Sequence record: OK283619.1
From: Escherichia phage LPEK22
Reading direction: 5' to 3' (one strand)
DNA length: 64,000 bases
The notes under the pieces are model-generated. The model worked only from the letters and a program-made list of their open reading frames with translations, ran no database searches and was not told the origin of the DNA. Within the stretch, counting starts at the first letter, position 1. Each line of letters begins with the position of its first letter. A program made the translations under genes and the position numbers. Positions 1-10,047 of this stretch are shown here, piece after piece.

Positions 1-1121
1 AAGCGTTCCAAGTTCGGATAATCGCCTTTTAATGCCAAAGCCAAAATGCGTTTGGCAACGGAAGTTCCGGTGATATCATAGCCACCCCAGCGAACACGAT
101 TGTCTGAAAGGTCAACCATGCCTGTGGTGAATTGTTTGATGGCTTCACGCGGTTTCATCAGAGTGTACGCTGTTTTGACGTCACGATTTTTAATCGCTTC
201 AACAATACGGTCATACGCCTGGTGGCTCGTTGTGATCGTTTCCGGTTTACCATCAACCACGATTACGATACTTTCCGGCAAAATCATGATCTGGTGTTCG
301 TTCAGGAACACAGACAGATCTTTTTCATTAAATGAATTCTGAGTTTGCTTGTCGCCTGTTTCTCCAACAACCGCAACAGTCTTGACCACGAATAATACGG
401 ATGACAATGCCAGACGAAGTGTACGGCCTAAAATTACATCAAAGTAACCCACGCGCCGACGGGCATCAAGGGAACCGCGCATCGGGTATGTTTCGCCGTC
501 ATGTTGTACACTGATTACCACGCCATCATTGACTTTGGTAACGCCATCAACCAGTGCTGTCGCCAATTCGGCCAACGGCGAAATATTTTCTTCATTGAAG
601 CGGCTTGACCGAGTTTCTAACGGTTTCAGTTCTTCGCTTCTGAAAAGTTTGGCCTGAATAGCAGCAGAGCTATCGTAACGCATACAGATAAACACTGTTT
701 GGTTTTCCAGGAAACGGCCAACATACCATTCTTCGCCTTCAGAATCGACAGACACCGAACCTTCCAGAACTTCATAGGTGTCGGGGATTTTCCCTTCTTC
801 AGTCAATTCTTTAATTGGCGAAATCACGACCACGTTATTAGATTCTTTGATGATACGAACCATCAGGGCGCGGGCAATTGTTTTGGCACTGACGCCATAA
901 ACTGATGCCAGAGAAGAATTGCTTTCACCTTTGCTGCTCTTGGTTTGTATTTCTTGAATCTGTTCAGTGGTCAGAGACTTAATCGAAGCTGGATCCACTC
1001 CCAGTTCTTTATCCGACACGCGTTGTATCATTGAGCGCGGTACGCCCAATTCACTGGCTATTGAACTTTGACTTCTGTTCTCATTCAACAGCTTGAGAAT
1101 ACGTTTTTCTATAGCATTCAT
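1..1121 (-). CDS. rIIB-like protein, 3' end beyond window (partial)
   Basis: ATG at 1121 (minus); reverse translation MNAIEKRILKLLNENRSQSSIASELGVPRSMIQRV stays open to position 1; two HTH-like repeats; lies directly downstream of the rIIA-like gene as in T4. Confidence 0.45.
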   Translation of the reverse strand, partial: MNAIEKRILKLLNENRSQSSIASELGVPRSMIQRVSDKELGVDPASIKSLTTEQIQEIQTKSSKGESNSSLASVYGVSAKTIARALMVRIIKESNNVVVISPIKELTEEGKIPDTYEVLEGSVSVDSEGEEWYVGRFLENQTVFICMRYDSSAAIQAKLFRSEELKPLETRSSRFNEENISPLAELATALVDGVTKVNDGVVISVQHDGETYPMRGSLDARRRVGYFDVILGRTLRLALSSVLFVVKTVAVVGETGDKQTQNSFNEKDLSVFLNEHQIMILPESIVIVVDGKPETITTSHQAYDRIVEAIKNRDVKTAYTLMKPREAIKQFTTGMVDLSDNRVRWGGYDITGTSVAKRILALALKGDYPNLER

Positions 1122-1153
1122 CTTGTAGTTCTCACTGTGGGGTAATGGGGCTA

Positions 1154-3895
1154 TTATGCCCCGAGAATACGTTTTGAAATAGCCTTCACAAATCTAGTGG
1201 CATCTTCAATCGCGTTGTGTGCCGAAGGCTGATATGTTGACATCATGAATTTCACCAAACGATGACATTCAACTCGGTATCGGTTTTTGGCCTTTTGCTT
1301 TTGAGATATAGTGCTAGTGACCTTTATCTCATCAAATCCTTCAGCAGTTAATTTTTCATTCAATAAATCAACAACTTGAGTTAACTGGTTACAGGCGCGG
1401 AAAAATCTCGTAGTTGAGAAAGGCATTTCTATATGATAATGTAATTCCTCAACAGCCTTGCGGAAATAACCGTACCCCGATCCAGACGGATTTCGTTTGG
1501 CCAGCATACGAACAATCTTCCATTCTTCTTCAGTGATTTGTTGTTTCGCATAACTGATGATTGCTTTTGCCCTGTGTTGATGATGGGCATAGCCATCCGT
1601 AACTTTTCCATGGGAATCAATCAACAGCTTGGCACCATAATCAATGCGATGAGACATGATGTTTATGCCCTTGCGAAGTTTCAGGAGTTTCTTAGATTCA
1701 AGCGCCTGAAATTCATCTTTATAATGCTCAAGCAACATATCAAACACTGCGTCAATGGGGATGAATACTTCTGGGAATTTCTTCATCATCGGAACAGATT
1801 TACGACGCGCAAGAACGATTGTTGGATGTGCTCCCAGCAAATCAAACAGGTTTTCGTTTCCATTCTCGCCGAACTTCGTTCTTTCCATCGCTTCACGCAA
1901 ATGTCCAGCCGCGGATTGTCGTAAGGTAATACCATGAATTTTATGGATACCTTCTCGGCCAGATACTTCGATATATACGATCTTTTTGCCCGAATCAATA
2001 ATATCTGAAACGGTTTTTCCATCTAATTCATAAACGCTGTCGAAGTTAAATGAATTGTAATGGAAACTAAACATCCCAGGATCTTTTTCAACGGTCGGGC
2101 GAACATATTCCATTTCATGCATGAAATAGACTTCATCCGGATTGAATAAATCGCCAAAAACCTCGATCAGTTTATCGGCAAAGACCAGGTAGTCCGGCGT
2201 TGTTTCTTGTACACCGATCCATGATTCAAAATAAGACTTCAATTCCTCATGGTTGGTAAATGATTCTTTATGTGCCGCCAGCTGATTCCGATTACTGAAA
2301 TAATTTTCATTCGGTTTGACGACGATAACGACATTGAAGTTATTGCGTGCTGTTTGTATCTTCAGGTTTCGAGCACGATTCGAGTTATCAATAATAACAG
2401 CAATTTTTGATTTAGATTTCAACCAATTTCCGACAGAGTTCACATAAATGCTGTCGTGTACTACACCGTTGTCGTGTACTTCAATTTCGTAAGGACTACC
2501 AATAGACCGGAAAGGTGCATCCAAAGAGTAATCGCGCACGACGTCCGGCGCTCCGATATAACGGAACGTGCCTTTGTAGAAACGGTTATCTGCAGGAAAT
2601 TCTCGCTCCACTAATTTACGGAAACCACTACCGAACATATCAGTCAGCTGAGTCTTTTTCATATACAACATAAGAGGACCCATTGACTCCGCTTGGCGAA
2701 GTTCATACATCTTCGCTTGCATGATATTTTCGGCCACATGCTTGAACACGCGGTTCAGGCTTTCACGAGTGAATTCGTCGTATGACAAGTCTTCGCGTGA
2801 AGGCGGTACATTCAGTTCCCCAAGTTCGAAGAAGGTATAGGAACTCGGGAATTTTTCCAGCACGGTGCATATTTCAGAGTCCAATTGGTCGAGATCTATC
2901 GGGTAAGAAACCCCGCCCATGACAGCATAGTGGATGTTGTCGGAATCTGACTTCGGTTGGATATATGTGTTGCCTACACGGTTTTCGAAGTTGATGTCAG
3001 ACCAACGGAAAGCATAACTGGCGTTTTCAACCTTCGGACGCATTGAAGGTCGCATCACTCGACCCAAACGGACCAACTCTTGTTCAAAGGCGGTAAAACG
3101 CTGATTCTTTACAGGAACTTTAACAGTCAGGCCGTTGAACTCATCAGTGTCCTCCGGTTTAGGATCACGGGTATCTAAATCCTTGGTAATGAGATCCACA
3201 GTTGGGATTCTGTCCGCATTCAGATACATCAGGAAGCGATACAGTTTCCCTTCATAGCGACTTTCTACTGTAAATGAATCAGATACCGCAAATGGGGATT
3301 TAGAACCTAGCCCAAACGCCCCTATTTGCCCGTCGTCGTCCTCTTTTGTACTATGGAAGAGTGTTGTATACAAACCAGGACCACGAATGATCTCGCCATC
3401 CTCAGCGCGGAATACCAGTACCCCATTATAATAACCAGGTGTACCAATAACAGCAGTGCTATCAGGGATTTCGTCTTCCTTCACGACGATATTACCTTCA
3501 ACCAGCACTTCATCTTCACGCGCTGTAATAGGCTCGCCGATGATCATTTCTAATGGAAGACCAACCCCATAATCTTTAATTTCCAGCCAGGGTTCCATAA
3601 CATCCGGTAAATGTACAACAACAGGAGTTCCCTTGGGGGCAAGATGTTTGCTGTATCGTTGAGGCATAGGAGTGAGAGGAGCATAATGCGATGGCATCCA
3701 GCGTTGTTGGCGATCACGCATATTATGTGAGTCTATACCATTACACAACGTCTCACGCAAAGACGCCGCCTCTTTATATTTGTAGAGACTTGAAAATAAT
3801 GTTTCAAATAATTTATCCGTCATCTTGACATTGAATGTCTGTCCGACGATGGTAGAAGAAGAGCGCACGAAATGCTCGGACTTGCGCATTTTCAT
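1154..3895 (-). CDS. rIIA: rIIA-like protein with GHKL-type ATPase motifs
   Basis: 913-aa ORF; N-box-like LRETLCNGIDSH, G1-like DYGVGLP, G2-like GAFGLGSKSPF, and LNVPPSREDLSYDEF resembling T4 rIIA as recalled; AGGAA RBS before ATG. Confidence 0.7.
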   Translation of the reverse strand: MKMRKSEHFVRSSSTIVGQTFNVKMTDKLFETLFSSLYKYKEAASLRETLCNGIDSHNMRDRQQRWMPSHYAPLTPMPQRYSKHLAPKGTPVVVHLPDVMEPWLEIKDYGVGLPLEMIIGEPITAREDEVLVEGNIVVKEDEIPDSTAVIGTPGYYNGVLVFRAEDGEIIRGPGLYTTLFHSTKEDDDGQIGAFGLGSKSPFAVSDSFTVESRYEGKLYRFLMYLNADRIPTVDLITKDLDTRDPKPEDTDEFNGLTVKVPVKNQRFTAFEQELVRLGRVMRPSMRPKVENASYAFRWSDINFENRVGNTYIQPKSDSDNIHYAVMGGVSYPIDLDQLDSEICTVLEKFPSSYTFFELGELNVPPSREDLSYDEFTRESLNRVFKHVAENIMQAKMYELRQAESMGPLMLYMKKTQLTDMFGSGFRKLVEREFPADNRFYKGTFRYIGAPDVVRDYSLDAPFRSIGSPYEIEVHDNGVVHDSIYVNSVGNWLKSKSKIAVIIDNSNRARNLKIQTARNNFNVVIVVKPNENYFSNRNQLAAHKESFTNHEELKSYFESWIGVQETTPDYLVFADKLIEVFGDLFNPDEVYFMHEMEYVRPTVEKDPGMFSFHYNSFNFDSVYELDGKTVSDIIDSGKKIVYIEVSGREGIHKIHGITLRQSAAGHLREAMERTKFGENGNENLFDLLGAHPTIVLARRKSVPMMKKFPEVFIPIDAVFDMLLEHYKDEFQALESKKLLKLRKGINIMSHRIDYGAKLLIDSHGKVTDGYAHHQHRAKAIISYAKQQITEEEWKIVRMLAKRNPSGSGYGYFRKAVEELHYHIEMPFSTTRFFRACNQLTQVVDLLNEKLTAEGFDEIKVTSTISQKQKAKNRYRVECHRLVKFMMSTYQPSAHNAIEDATRFVKAISKRILGA

Positions 3896-4002
3896 AGTAT
3901 AGAATTCCTGTTCAGATCAAAGAAGAACACATTATTGGGTAAGGTTATGATACTGGCGGGTGGTTCAATAGAAAAGCCTCCAATCGGAGGCTTTAATCAG
4001 GA

Positions 4003-4356
4003 TTAACTTCCCTGAACGTTTACAACGGTGGCGTTGAAATTGAATATCGGGTGGGTGGCACCTGGCTCTAACGTCTCTTCCAGATAACCCACAATATTGC
4101 GTGTCACAGATTTCGGCTCTGCGCGGGAAGGCTTCGTTGCGCCGAGGTCAATAATGCTCGAAGTGACTTGTTCAACCTGAGTGTGATTGACAACAAAATG
4201 ATAACGACTACCGAAGGCCGCAACTTCAACTTCTGTTATTTCTAAACCACTCAATTCAGAGCTGTTCAACTGCTTCACATTCAATTGAGAGCGGAGGTGC
4301 TCTACAATATTGCTGTAAACATATTGTGGTGTGATCAGCTGTTCAATAGAACTCAT
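4003..4356 (-). CDS. hypothetical protein
   Basis: 117-aa ORF with GAGGA RBS upstream of ATG at 4356. Confidence 0.55.
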   Translation of the reverse strand: MSSIEQLITPQYVYSNIVEHLRSQLNVKQLNSSELSGLEITEVEVAAFGSRYHFVVNHTQVEQVTSSIIDLGATKPSRAEPKSVTRNIVGYLEETLEPGATHPIFNFNATVVNVQGS

Positions 4357-4525
4357 GACATATCCTCATTTCTTTGGGGGTTTATTGTTACTTAAACGGA
4401 TCACCTCTGCTCGAAGGAAGAGGATTTCATCGGCCATCATTTTACCTTCTTGAAACATAACATGACATCGTGATGATCTGGGTTCACCTTCCGATAATGC
4501 GTGAAGGCGATATTCGGGGATGACA

Positions 4526-4732
4526 TCATTTACGGCGTTTCTTTTTGTTCTTTCCATGGGTCTTGGCCTTTTTAGGACGACTGACGGAAGGACGAGCATG
4601 CCCAGGTTCCCCAGGGGTACACCCTTGTGCATAACGATGATCATCCCAGAGACGACCATTATGCGTCATATCTTCAGCCATGGCGGACAAAGCAAGGGTT
4701 GCTACAGCCGCAGCAGATAATGGTTTAGACAT
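4526..4732 (-). CDS. small secreted-type protein with basic C-terminal tail
   Basis: Second in-frame ATG (MSKPLSAAAVATLALSAMA...) has a perfect AAGGAG RBS 7 nt upstream; signal-peptide-like N-terminus; KKRRK-rich tail. Confidence 0.45.
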   Translation of the reverse strand: MSKPLSAAAVATLALSAMAEDMTHNGRLWDDHRYAQGCTPGEPGHARPSVSRPKKAKTHGKNKKKRRK

Positions 4733-5171
4733 TTGTTTCTCCTTTTGCTGCATACGACAGAGCTTTTACGATCATAACAGCCAAACCGATAGGATCGTAT
4801 GCATTGTCGAATTCTTGTTCTATGTTCTGACGAATTTCATCAGAAGATTGTACTTCAGAGCAGTTCTTACTCTGTCTGCGTTGCTCTTGCTCGACTAGAT
4901 CTTTGAACAGAAGGTCTTTGAAAGAATACTCATCGAAGTTTTCAAGATACCGTTGGATGCTTGGTTGTTTTACATCCATCGTTTGACGCAAATTGCTAAT
5001 AGTTGAACTTGCCTGTTCGCGGTGTTTGTTCATAACAGCAAAGTTAACGGGCTTGCCCCAAGCATTCATCACTGGATTAGAGCATACTTGGCCAAAGAGA
5101 TCTTGGAAGGCATCATCCATGTGGATCAACGCAGTGGCCAATTCCTCATAAGTCGGTTTTTGAGTAGTCAT
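4725..5171 (-). CDS. hypothetical protein
   Basis: 148-aa ORF; GGAG RBS; ATGA overlap with upstream gene. Confidence 0.55.
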   Translation of the reverse strand: MTTQKPTYEELATALIHMDDAFQDLFGQVCSNPVMNAWGKPVNFAVMNKHREQASSTISNLRQTMDVKQPSIQRYLENFDEYSFKDLLFKDLVEQEQRRQSKNCSEVQSSDEIRQNIEQEFDNAYDPIGLAVMIVKALSYAAKGETNV

Positions 5172-5551
5172 TTTCGTTTACTCCGATTTTTATATTTCTT
5201 AGCCTGACGTTTATGTTGGGCGGCTCCATATAGGCGCGGCGGCTTTTGATAACGTTGTGACGCAATTATGTCTCTGTCATCGGCTTCTGCTTCACAATAC
5301 GAAATATCTGCCTTCCGTAACTGAGCCACCGCTTGAGATACCAATGTTTTGCGTTCACTTTCTACCAGATCATCACAAATTATCATGCGTTCACCTGGTT
5401 CACAACGACGTTTAGGAATATCGTCTACACTGATACATTCTACTTCAACACCTTTCAACTTTTCTTGAAGGATAATGGCCATAGTCCGAGCGCCGATTCC
5501 TCCTCCAATAATCGCTATCTTTCTTGGCTTGTCTGTCATGTTCTTGTCCAT
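5168..5551 (-). CDS. hypothetical protein with N-terminal GxGxxG dinucleotide-binding-like motif
   Basis: Track ORF starts with a TTG; first ATG at 5551 (MDKNMTDKPRKIAIIGGGIGARTMA); start uncertain. Confidence 0.45.
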   Translation of the reverse strand: MDKNMTDKPRKIAIIGGGIGARTMAIILQEKLKGVEVECISVDDIPKRRCEPGERMIICDDLVESERKTLVSQAVAQLRKADISYCEAEADDRDIIASQRYQKPPRLYGAAQHKRQAKKYKNRSKRK

Positions 5552-5555
5552 GAAA

Positions 5556-5583
5556 AGGGGATAGAGCAATAATACCCTATCCC
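5556..5583 (-). terminator. putative intrinsic terminator (minus-strand transcript)
   Basis: Hairpin GGGGATAG...CTATCCCC followed by a U-run on the minus-strand RNA, just downstream of gene 5601-6023. Confidence 0.4.
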
Positions 5584-5600
5584 CATTTATTGAAGAATTA

Positions 5601-6023
5601 TTAGTCTTCCGAACCTACAACCCCACCACGCAGATCCTGTGCTGGCTTACCATCAGGTGCCATGACATAGATGGTATTGATGGTCTCAAACCAAGACAAT
5701 AAATCAACTCCTTCAGTGTATGGCGTTACCGGAACAGAAGTTTTGATTTCTTTCTGTTCATCCTTCAAATCCGGATGACTTCCCGATAGGGTTAACCAAG
5801 CGAATCTTCCGTTGGGATAAATAATGCCTTCTTTGAACATTACAATCTTTTTGCGAGGATTATTGGCTTCGCCCAGACACACCACCAAATGATGTATCAT
5901 TTCGGGGCGCGTCAACAACGTGTCATCTTTGATAATGCCCTGCTTGACAGCAGAGATTACCACTTCATCCAGTAACGCCTGTTGCTGTTCCAGCGTCAGA
6001 GATTCGGTTAGTTTCACGCTCAT
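5601..6023 (-). CDS. hypothetical protein
   Basis: ORF trimmed to ATG at 6023 (MSVKL...) to avoid overlap with upstream gene. Confidence 0.5.
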   Translation of the reverse strand: MSVKLTESLTLEQQQALLDEVVISAVKQGIIKDDTLLTRPEMIHHLVVCLGEANNPRKKIVMFKEGIIYPNGRFAWLTLSGSHPDLKDEQKEIKTSVPVTPYTEGVDLLSWFETINTIYVMAPDGKPAQDLRGGVVGSED

Positions 6024-6027
6024 AAGA

Positions 6028-6597
6028 TCAGCCTTTGAAGTTAATCGGAGTCTGGACACCAGAGTCAAATGCGGCCTGGGTACGGGTGTCACTCACCACC
6101 TGACATGTCTTGTCAAGATCGATACGCGGATATCCAAAGATTCCTGCTATCAGAGAACCAGGGAACTGGCCAAGTTTAGTTTCATAGATCGCACATGCGT
6201 CCAATTTTTTAGTTTGGCTAATGCGGAATTCATCCCGACCTGAGCTGATAACAACCTGAATCTCTTTGTACAAAGATGAATCAAACTGAATATTCTGTTC
6301 CTGAATCCATTGCATTACTGCTTTGGAACCGTCTGCACCATAACGGCCTTGGAAAGTATCTTTGATCACTTCCTTCAAACCGTTTTTGTACATGTCAGGA
6401 ATCTGCGCCGTCTCCTGAACTTTGAGCGTGTAGTTGCTCAGGTGGTTTTCAGAATCTTTGTTGAACTTTTTGACCTGTTGTTCAATGCGGTTGAAATCAT
6501 TGAAATAGCTAACCACACTGCCAATCCCAATTACAGCAAATGCTAGAATTGCCAACCCAACGATCCAACCAATTGAAATACCTTTACGTTGTGACAT
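6028..6597 (-). CDS. membrane-anchored protein, possibly LemA-like
   Basis: 189 aa; N-terminal TM helix (ISIGWIVGLAILAFAVIGIGSVV) then soluble domain whose start (YFNDFNRIEQQVKKFN) resembles the LemA pattern from memory; GAGGAAG RBS. Confidence 0.45.
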   Translation of the reverse strand: MSQRKGISIGWIVGLAILAFAVIGIGSVVSYFNDFNRIEQQVKKFNKDSENHLSNYTLKVQETAQIPDMYKNGLKEVIKDTFQGRYGADGSKAVMQWIQEQNIQFDSSLYKEIQVVISSGRDEFRISQTKKLDACAIYETKLGQFPGSLIAGIFGYPRIDLDKTCQVVSDTRTQAAFDSGVQTPINFKG

Positions 6598-6612
6598 CTT
6601 TACTTCCTCTTG

Positions 6613-7722
6613 TTAAAACAAACGTTTGTAAGTGCGACCATTGTACTGCATGCGGCCTAATATGAAAACTGCGGTAAATGGGATACATCCAAACAACACG
6701 ACGATAATCACTTCCCAAGTTTTAAGATCTCGCCATTTCAGATATTCCATTTCCTTCATCTCGACTCGGTTGTATCCCTTACTGATATTGACCGCAACTT
6801 CTTGGAACACGGATATGCCCATTGGTTTCCCAGTCAATGAAAGTCCGTTACGAGAATGGAGTTCCATGTTGTTCATGCCGTCGGCAAATGACGTAGACTT
6901 ACCCCAATTAATTTTCATATCCTTTGAAATATCGGTGACTACAATAACATCGTTCTTTTTACCGCCAGACCATGCATATAGAAGTCCCTGAAAATATTCA
7001 ACAGGCTGGCCAGAAGTCACAACCCAAACGATATTAACCTGACGTGAAGCACCTAATGTTTTCAGAGTATTGTTCAGATAATCATTCCAGTAATCAACAG
7101 GAATGTCCATCCCTGACATATTCAGAACACGAGTTACTCGGTAATAATCATACACCCTCGGATATGAAGGGATATGCTCTTTGAACTTCTCGGCGAATTG
7201 CTGGTCAGATTTAGAGAATAATGAATCTTTGTTGCCCAGCACATAATTCATATATGAATGTTCACGTGCCGCAGGTTCCCCGATTTTAACTTGTGCCCAA
7301 CGCGGAGGCTCTGTAGTACCCTGACGATCAATACGGTCAATGCTCAGATCACCGACGGTTGTTAATACGTCCCAATCAACGTCATAAGAGTGCTCATAGC
7401 ATGTGCTGCAATGACGCGTTTGTGTACAAGATCGGTTATTTCCTGAACCAGAGCAAGATGTTGTGTAATAACACATACATTCATAAGAATGTTCACAACC
7501 CACCTTATTCCGTTGCTTATCAGTTACATATCCATTCAGGATTTCCACGTCCCCAGAACTACCAAGGGAGAAAGCAGCATATAATCCCGACTGGATAAGG
7601 CAAGACAATACGATAACAATGGCCGTGGCGATCAAAGTCTCCTTTGGCTCATGGGTCTTGCGGTGATATATTATAAACAAGATGGCCAAAATTACAGGAA
7701 CCACAAACAGAAGGTAAATCAT
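6613..7722 (-). CDS. membrane protein with Cys-rich extracytoplasmic domain
   Basis: 369 aa; hydrophobic N- and C-terminal segments; Cys-rich stretch GCEHSYECMCYYTTSCSGSGNNRSCTQTRHCSTCYEH; ATGA overlap with next gene. Confidence 0.55.
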   Translation of the reverse strand: MIYLLFVVPVILAILFIIYHRKTHEPKETLIATAIVIVLSCLIQSGLYAAFSLGSSGDVEILNGYVTDKQRNKVGCEHSYECMCYYTTSCSGSGNNRSCTQTRHCSTCYEHSYDVDWDVLTTVGDLSIDRIDRQGTTEPPRWAQVKIGEPAAREHSYMNYVLGNKDSLFSKSDQQFAEKFKEHIPSYPRVYDYYRVTRVLNMSGMDIPVDYWNDYLNNTLKTLGASRQVNIVWVVTSGQPVEYFQGLLYAWSGGKKNDVIVVTDISKDMKINWGKSTSFADGMNNMELHSRNGLSLTGKPMGISVFQEVAVNISKGYNRVEMKEMEYLKWRDLKTWEVIIVVLFGCIPFTAVFILGRMQYNGRTYKRLF

Positions 7723-8105
7723 AACACACCATCCACGAGTTGTTCCTTCGTCATACCAAGAAGTTGATTTTTATGCTCAGATTTAGCCCCATTTTTCAAC
7801 AACAGATCCCAACGTTCTTCATGATACTGTGGAGTCATTGCATCGTCAAAAGAAACATGGTGGCGATGCATAATTGTTGCAACGGTATGAAGAACGATTG
7901 CTGTTTCTCTTTTTAAAGCACGTGTATCCGTGATGTGGTCTTCGTATTCGATTCCCATCAAATCGAGTTCTTTTCGGATATATGCTATAGACAAATCACC
8001 TTCAGAATGCAATTTAACAATAGTCGCTTTCTTAGGATGTAACACGCCGTCTGTTTCTTTCATGAACAGATCGTACAAATATTGTTTGTATTCGGGGCGC
8101 TTCAT
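7719..8105 (-). CDS. hypothetical protein
   Basis: 128-aa ORF; ATGA-type overlaps at both ends. Confidence 0.55.
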   Translation of the reverse strand: MKRPEYKQYLYDLFMKETDGVLHPKKATIVKLHSEGDLSIAYIRKELDLMGIEYEDHITDTRALKRETAIVLHTVATIMHRHHVSFDDAMTPQYHEERWDLLLKNGAKSEHKNQLLGMTKEQLVDGVL

Positions 8106-8323
8106 CTCGTAATCCCTCCGGCACAGATGATATTCAGTTCACCGCGACGGAAACCGCCTTGCCCACCGTTCAATTTAGTCGGAAGCGTATCTTGAACTTT
8201 TTGTGCGAACTCTTCCGACACTACCAGATGACCCTTTTCTTGTTTCGGGGTAGATTCAAAATAGTCGCCAAATGTCGCTTCCATATCGAGCACAGACATG
8301 TCTTCAATTCGTTGCATTGCCAT
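8102..8323 (-). CDS. hypothetical protein
   Basis: 73-aa ORF; GAGG RBS. Confidence 0.5.
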   Translation of the reverse strand: MAMQRIEDMSVLDMEATFGDYFESTPKQEKGHLVVSEEFAQKVQDTLPTKLNGGQGGFRRGELNIICAGGITR

Positions 8324-8334
8324 GATATAGGACC

Positions 8335-8526
8335 TCAGTATAATTTCGTATAAACTTGTTTAACGCCAATATCGGCAGGAGCTGTGCTCTGCTGCATATT
8401 ATAGAATGCCAAATCTGCTTGTTCTTTGTTTTCAAAATCAACTACAACTGTGTGTACTGATATTGCTTCACCCTGTCCATAAGCATAACAACGGCTGGTG
8501 ACCAATATTTTGTATTGAGGTGTCAT
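8335..8526 (-). CDS. hypothetical protein
   Basis: 63-aa ORF; AAGGA RBS. Confidence 0.45.
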   Translation of the reverse strand: MTPQYKILVTSRCYAYGQGEAISVHTVVVDFENKEQADLAFYNMQQSTAPADIGVKQVYTKLY

Positions 8527-8607
8527 AAATCAATCCTTGCAAAAAGAAAGGGGAACGGGCTAATAATAACCCATTCCCCTTTATTGAAGAACGCAATCGC
8601 AATCAGA

Positions 8608-8775
8608 TTACTTTTTCTTCAGCTCGTCCAGTTTGGCTTCGATTTGTTCCAGGATGTCTTTACCCTTCTGAACAATCACTTCACCGTCTTGCGCGTGTTT
8701 ACGAAAGACCAGAGCGCCAGCTACGAAGCCGACAACAACGCCAGGAAGCGCGTACACCAACAGATCTTGTAACAT
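8608..8775 (-). CDS. small membrane protein (56 aa)
   Basis: Hand-translated, below the ORF-track cutoff: MLQDLLVYALPGVVVGFVAGALVFRKHAQDGEVIVQKGKDILEQIEAKLDELKKK; AGGA RBS upstream. Confidence 0.45.
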   Translation of the reverse strand: MLQDLLVYALPGVVVGFVAGALVFRKHAQDGEVIVQKGKDILEQIEAKLDELKKK

Positions 8776-8811
8776 GATAATATCCTCACTTTATAGGTGA
8801 GGATATTTATA

Positions 8812-10047
8812 TCAGCGCTTCAACAAAGACATGAGGTTTACACTGGTCGACTTCGGATTGTCCTCTATCTTTCGGACGGGCATTTTCAGATTAGTGTAAA
8901 CCTCAGATGGTTCCCAACGCGTACCCTGCTGTAAATGCCATATATGTAGAGGAACACCCGTCTCAAAGAACACAGGCATCTTCCACTTCTGGACGCCAGG
9001 AACGTGCCCTGCAGGAGCTTTTTCGCACAACAGGGTATCTGGTAGCCAGAGTGAACGGGCTTCCCATAATGCCTTACAGGAGTATTCAGGCCAAATACGT
9101 TCCATATAATCGATCTCGTCCCATGTACGCTCGGCGTCCCACCCGATGTAACGGGTATTCTTCAGTCGGAAGAATTTCTTCAGCCAACAAGCACCGGAGG
9201 TCTCAAAGTTCAGACGATTGATAAACGTGATGTGGCCAAACTCTTCAACGCATTCCTGAAACGCTTTCTCAAGGTCGGTTTCGAGTATATCACATTCTTC
9301 GTCTGTAATAGGACAACCGTTGATCTTTTTCTTCCCGTGCTTGGTCACCCAGTCGTCACGGTTTGACAAGAATGCCGCGCCGTTGCGGTTGGACTCGCTG
9401 CCATCGCGGTCACGCAGCATGAACCCAGGGACGTCGATCTCCCACATGTTGCCGAATACCATGTTCAGGGCTTCCAGGAAGTTCCAGGCGCTCAGGCGGC
9501 CAAAGTATTTCCAGGACATCGCCGTGTCCCACAGATTCGTGAATTGGTGGACAGGGATATCCAATTCAAGCATCGGTCGGAATGCTTCCATCTGAGTACG
9601 CCCAGCCAGCCAATCAATGTAGGACTGAACACACGGGATCATCTTCGACTTACGGTAACGGCAATCGGTATCGAAGCGCATACGCTCAAAGTTCAGGTTG
9701 TACCAATCAGAAAAGCGCTGCATCTCTTCTTTGGACTGAGGAGGCACAGGGAACTCACTGTAGATTGTCCATGGACCGATGGCGTTATAACAGCAGCCCC
9801 AAAGGAACGACATCCAGATCTTGCGCTCGATCTTCTCAAGCTGTGTGATGCCTTCAGTGACTTCGATCGCATAGTCCATCAGACGCATCTGCTGGTTGTG
9901 CTCTTCGGTGTAGGACAGCGCCTCCACCCAAGCCTTGAGCAGGTACATCCGATTCTCAGGCTTGCGATAGTCAACAGCCAGGTCAATCGGGTACTTCCAT
10001 TCAGCCGGGGGCGCATAGCCAGTCGGCATTTTAGAAATGTTATTCAT
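8812..10047 (-). CDS. hypothetical enzyme (411 aa), candidate amino-acid:DNA transferase of a thymidine-hypermodification pathway
   Basis: 411-aa ORF with GGGAG RBS; functional suggestion rests only on size and proximity to the P-loop kinase and polymerase. Confidence 0.55.
   Translation of the reverse strand: MNNISKMPTGYAPPAEWKYPIDLAVDYRKPENRMYLLKAWVEALSYTEEHNQQMRLMDYAIEVTEGITQLEKIERKIWMSFLWGCCYNAIGPWTIYSEFPVPPQSKEEMQRFSDWYNLNFERMRFDTDCRYRKSKMIPCVQSYIDWLAGRTQMEAFRPMLELDIPVHQFTNLWDTAMSWKYFGRLSAWNFLEALNMVFGNMWEIDVPGFMLRDRDGSESNRNGAAFLSNRDDWVTKHGKKKINGCPITDEECDILETDLEKAFQECVEEFGHITFINRLNFETSGACWLKKFFRLKNTRYIGWDAERTWDEIDYMERIWPEYSCKALWEARSLWLPDTLLCEKAPAGHVPGVQKWKMPVFFETGVPLHIWHLQQGTRWEPSEVYTNLKMPVRKIEDNPKSTSVNLMSLLKR

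Noticed and set aside
4366-4659. 97-aa minus-strand ORF overlapping the small secreted-type gene 4526-4732
   Set aside because: Overlaps a better-supported gene in another frame; only a 24-aa tail would remain after trimming; no convincing RBS.
5168-5569. Track-listed first residues for ORFs at 5168-5569, 11709-12050, 12800-13162, 16221-16853 and 50551-51237
   Set aside because: Their first codons are TTG or GTG in the sequence; the track appears to allow alternative starts, so starts were moved to the nearest ATG (or GTG) with a plausible RBS.
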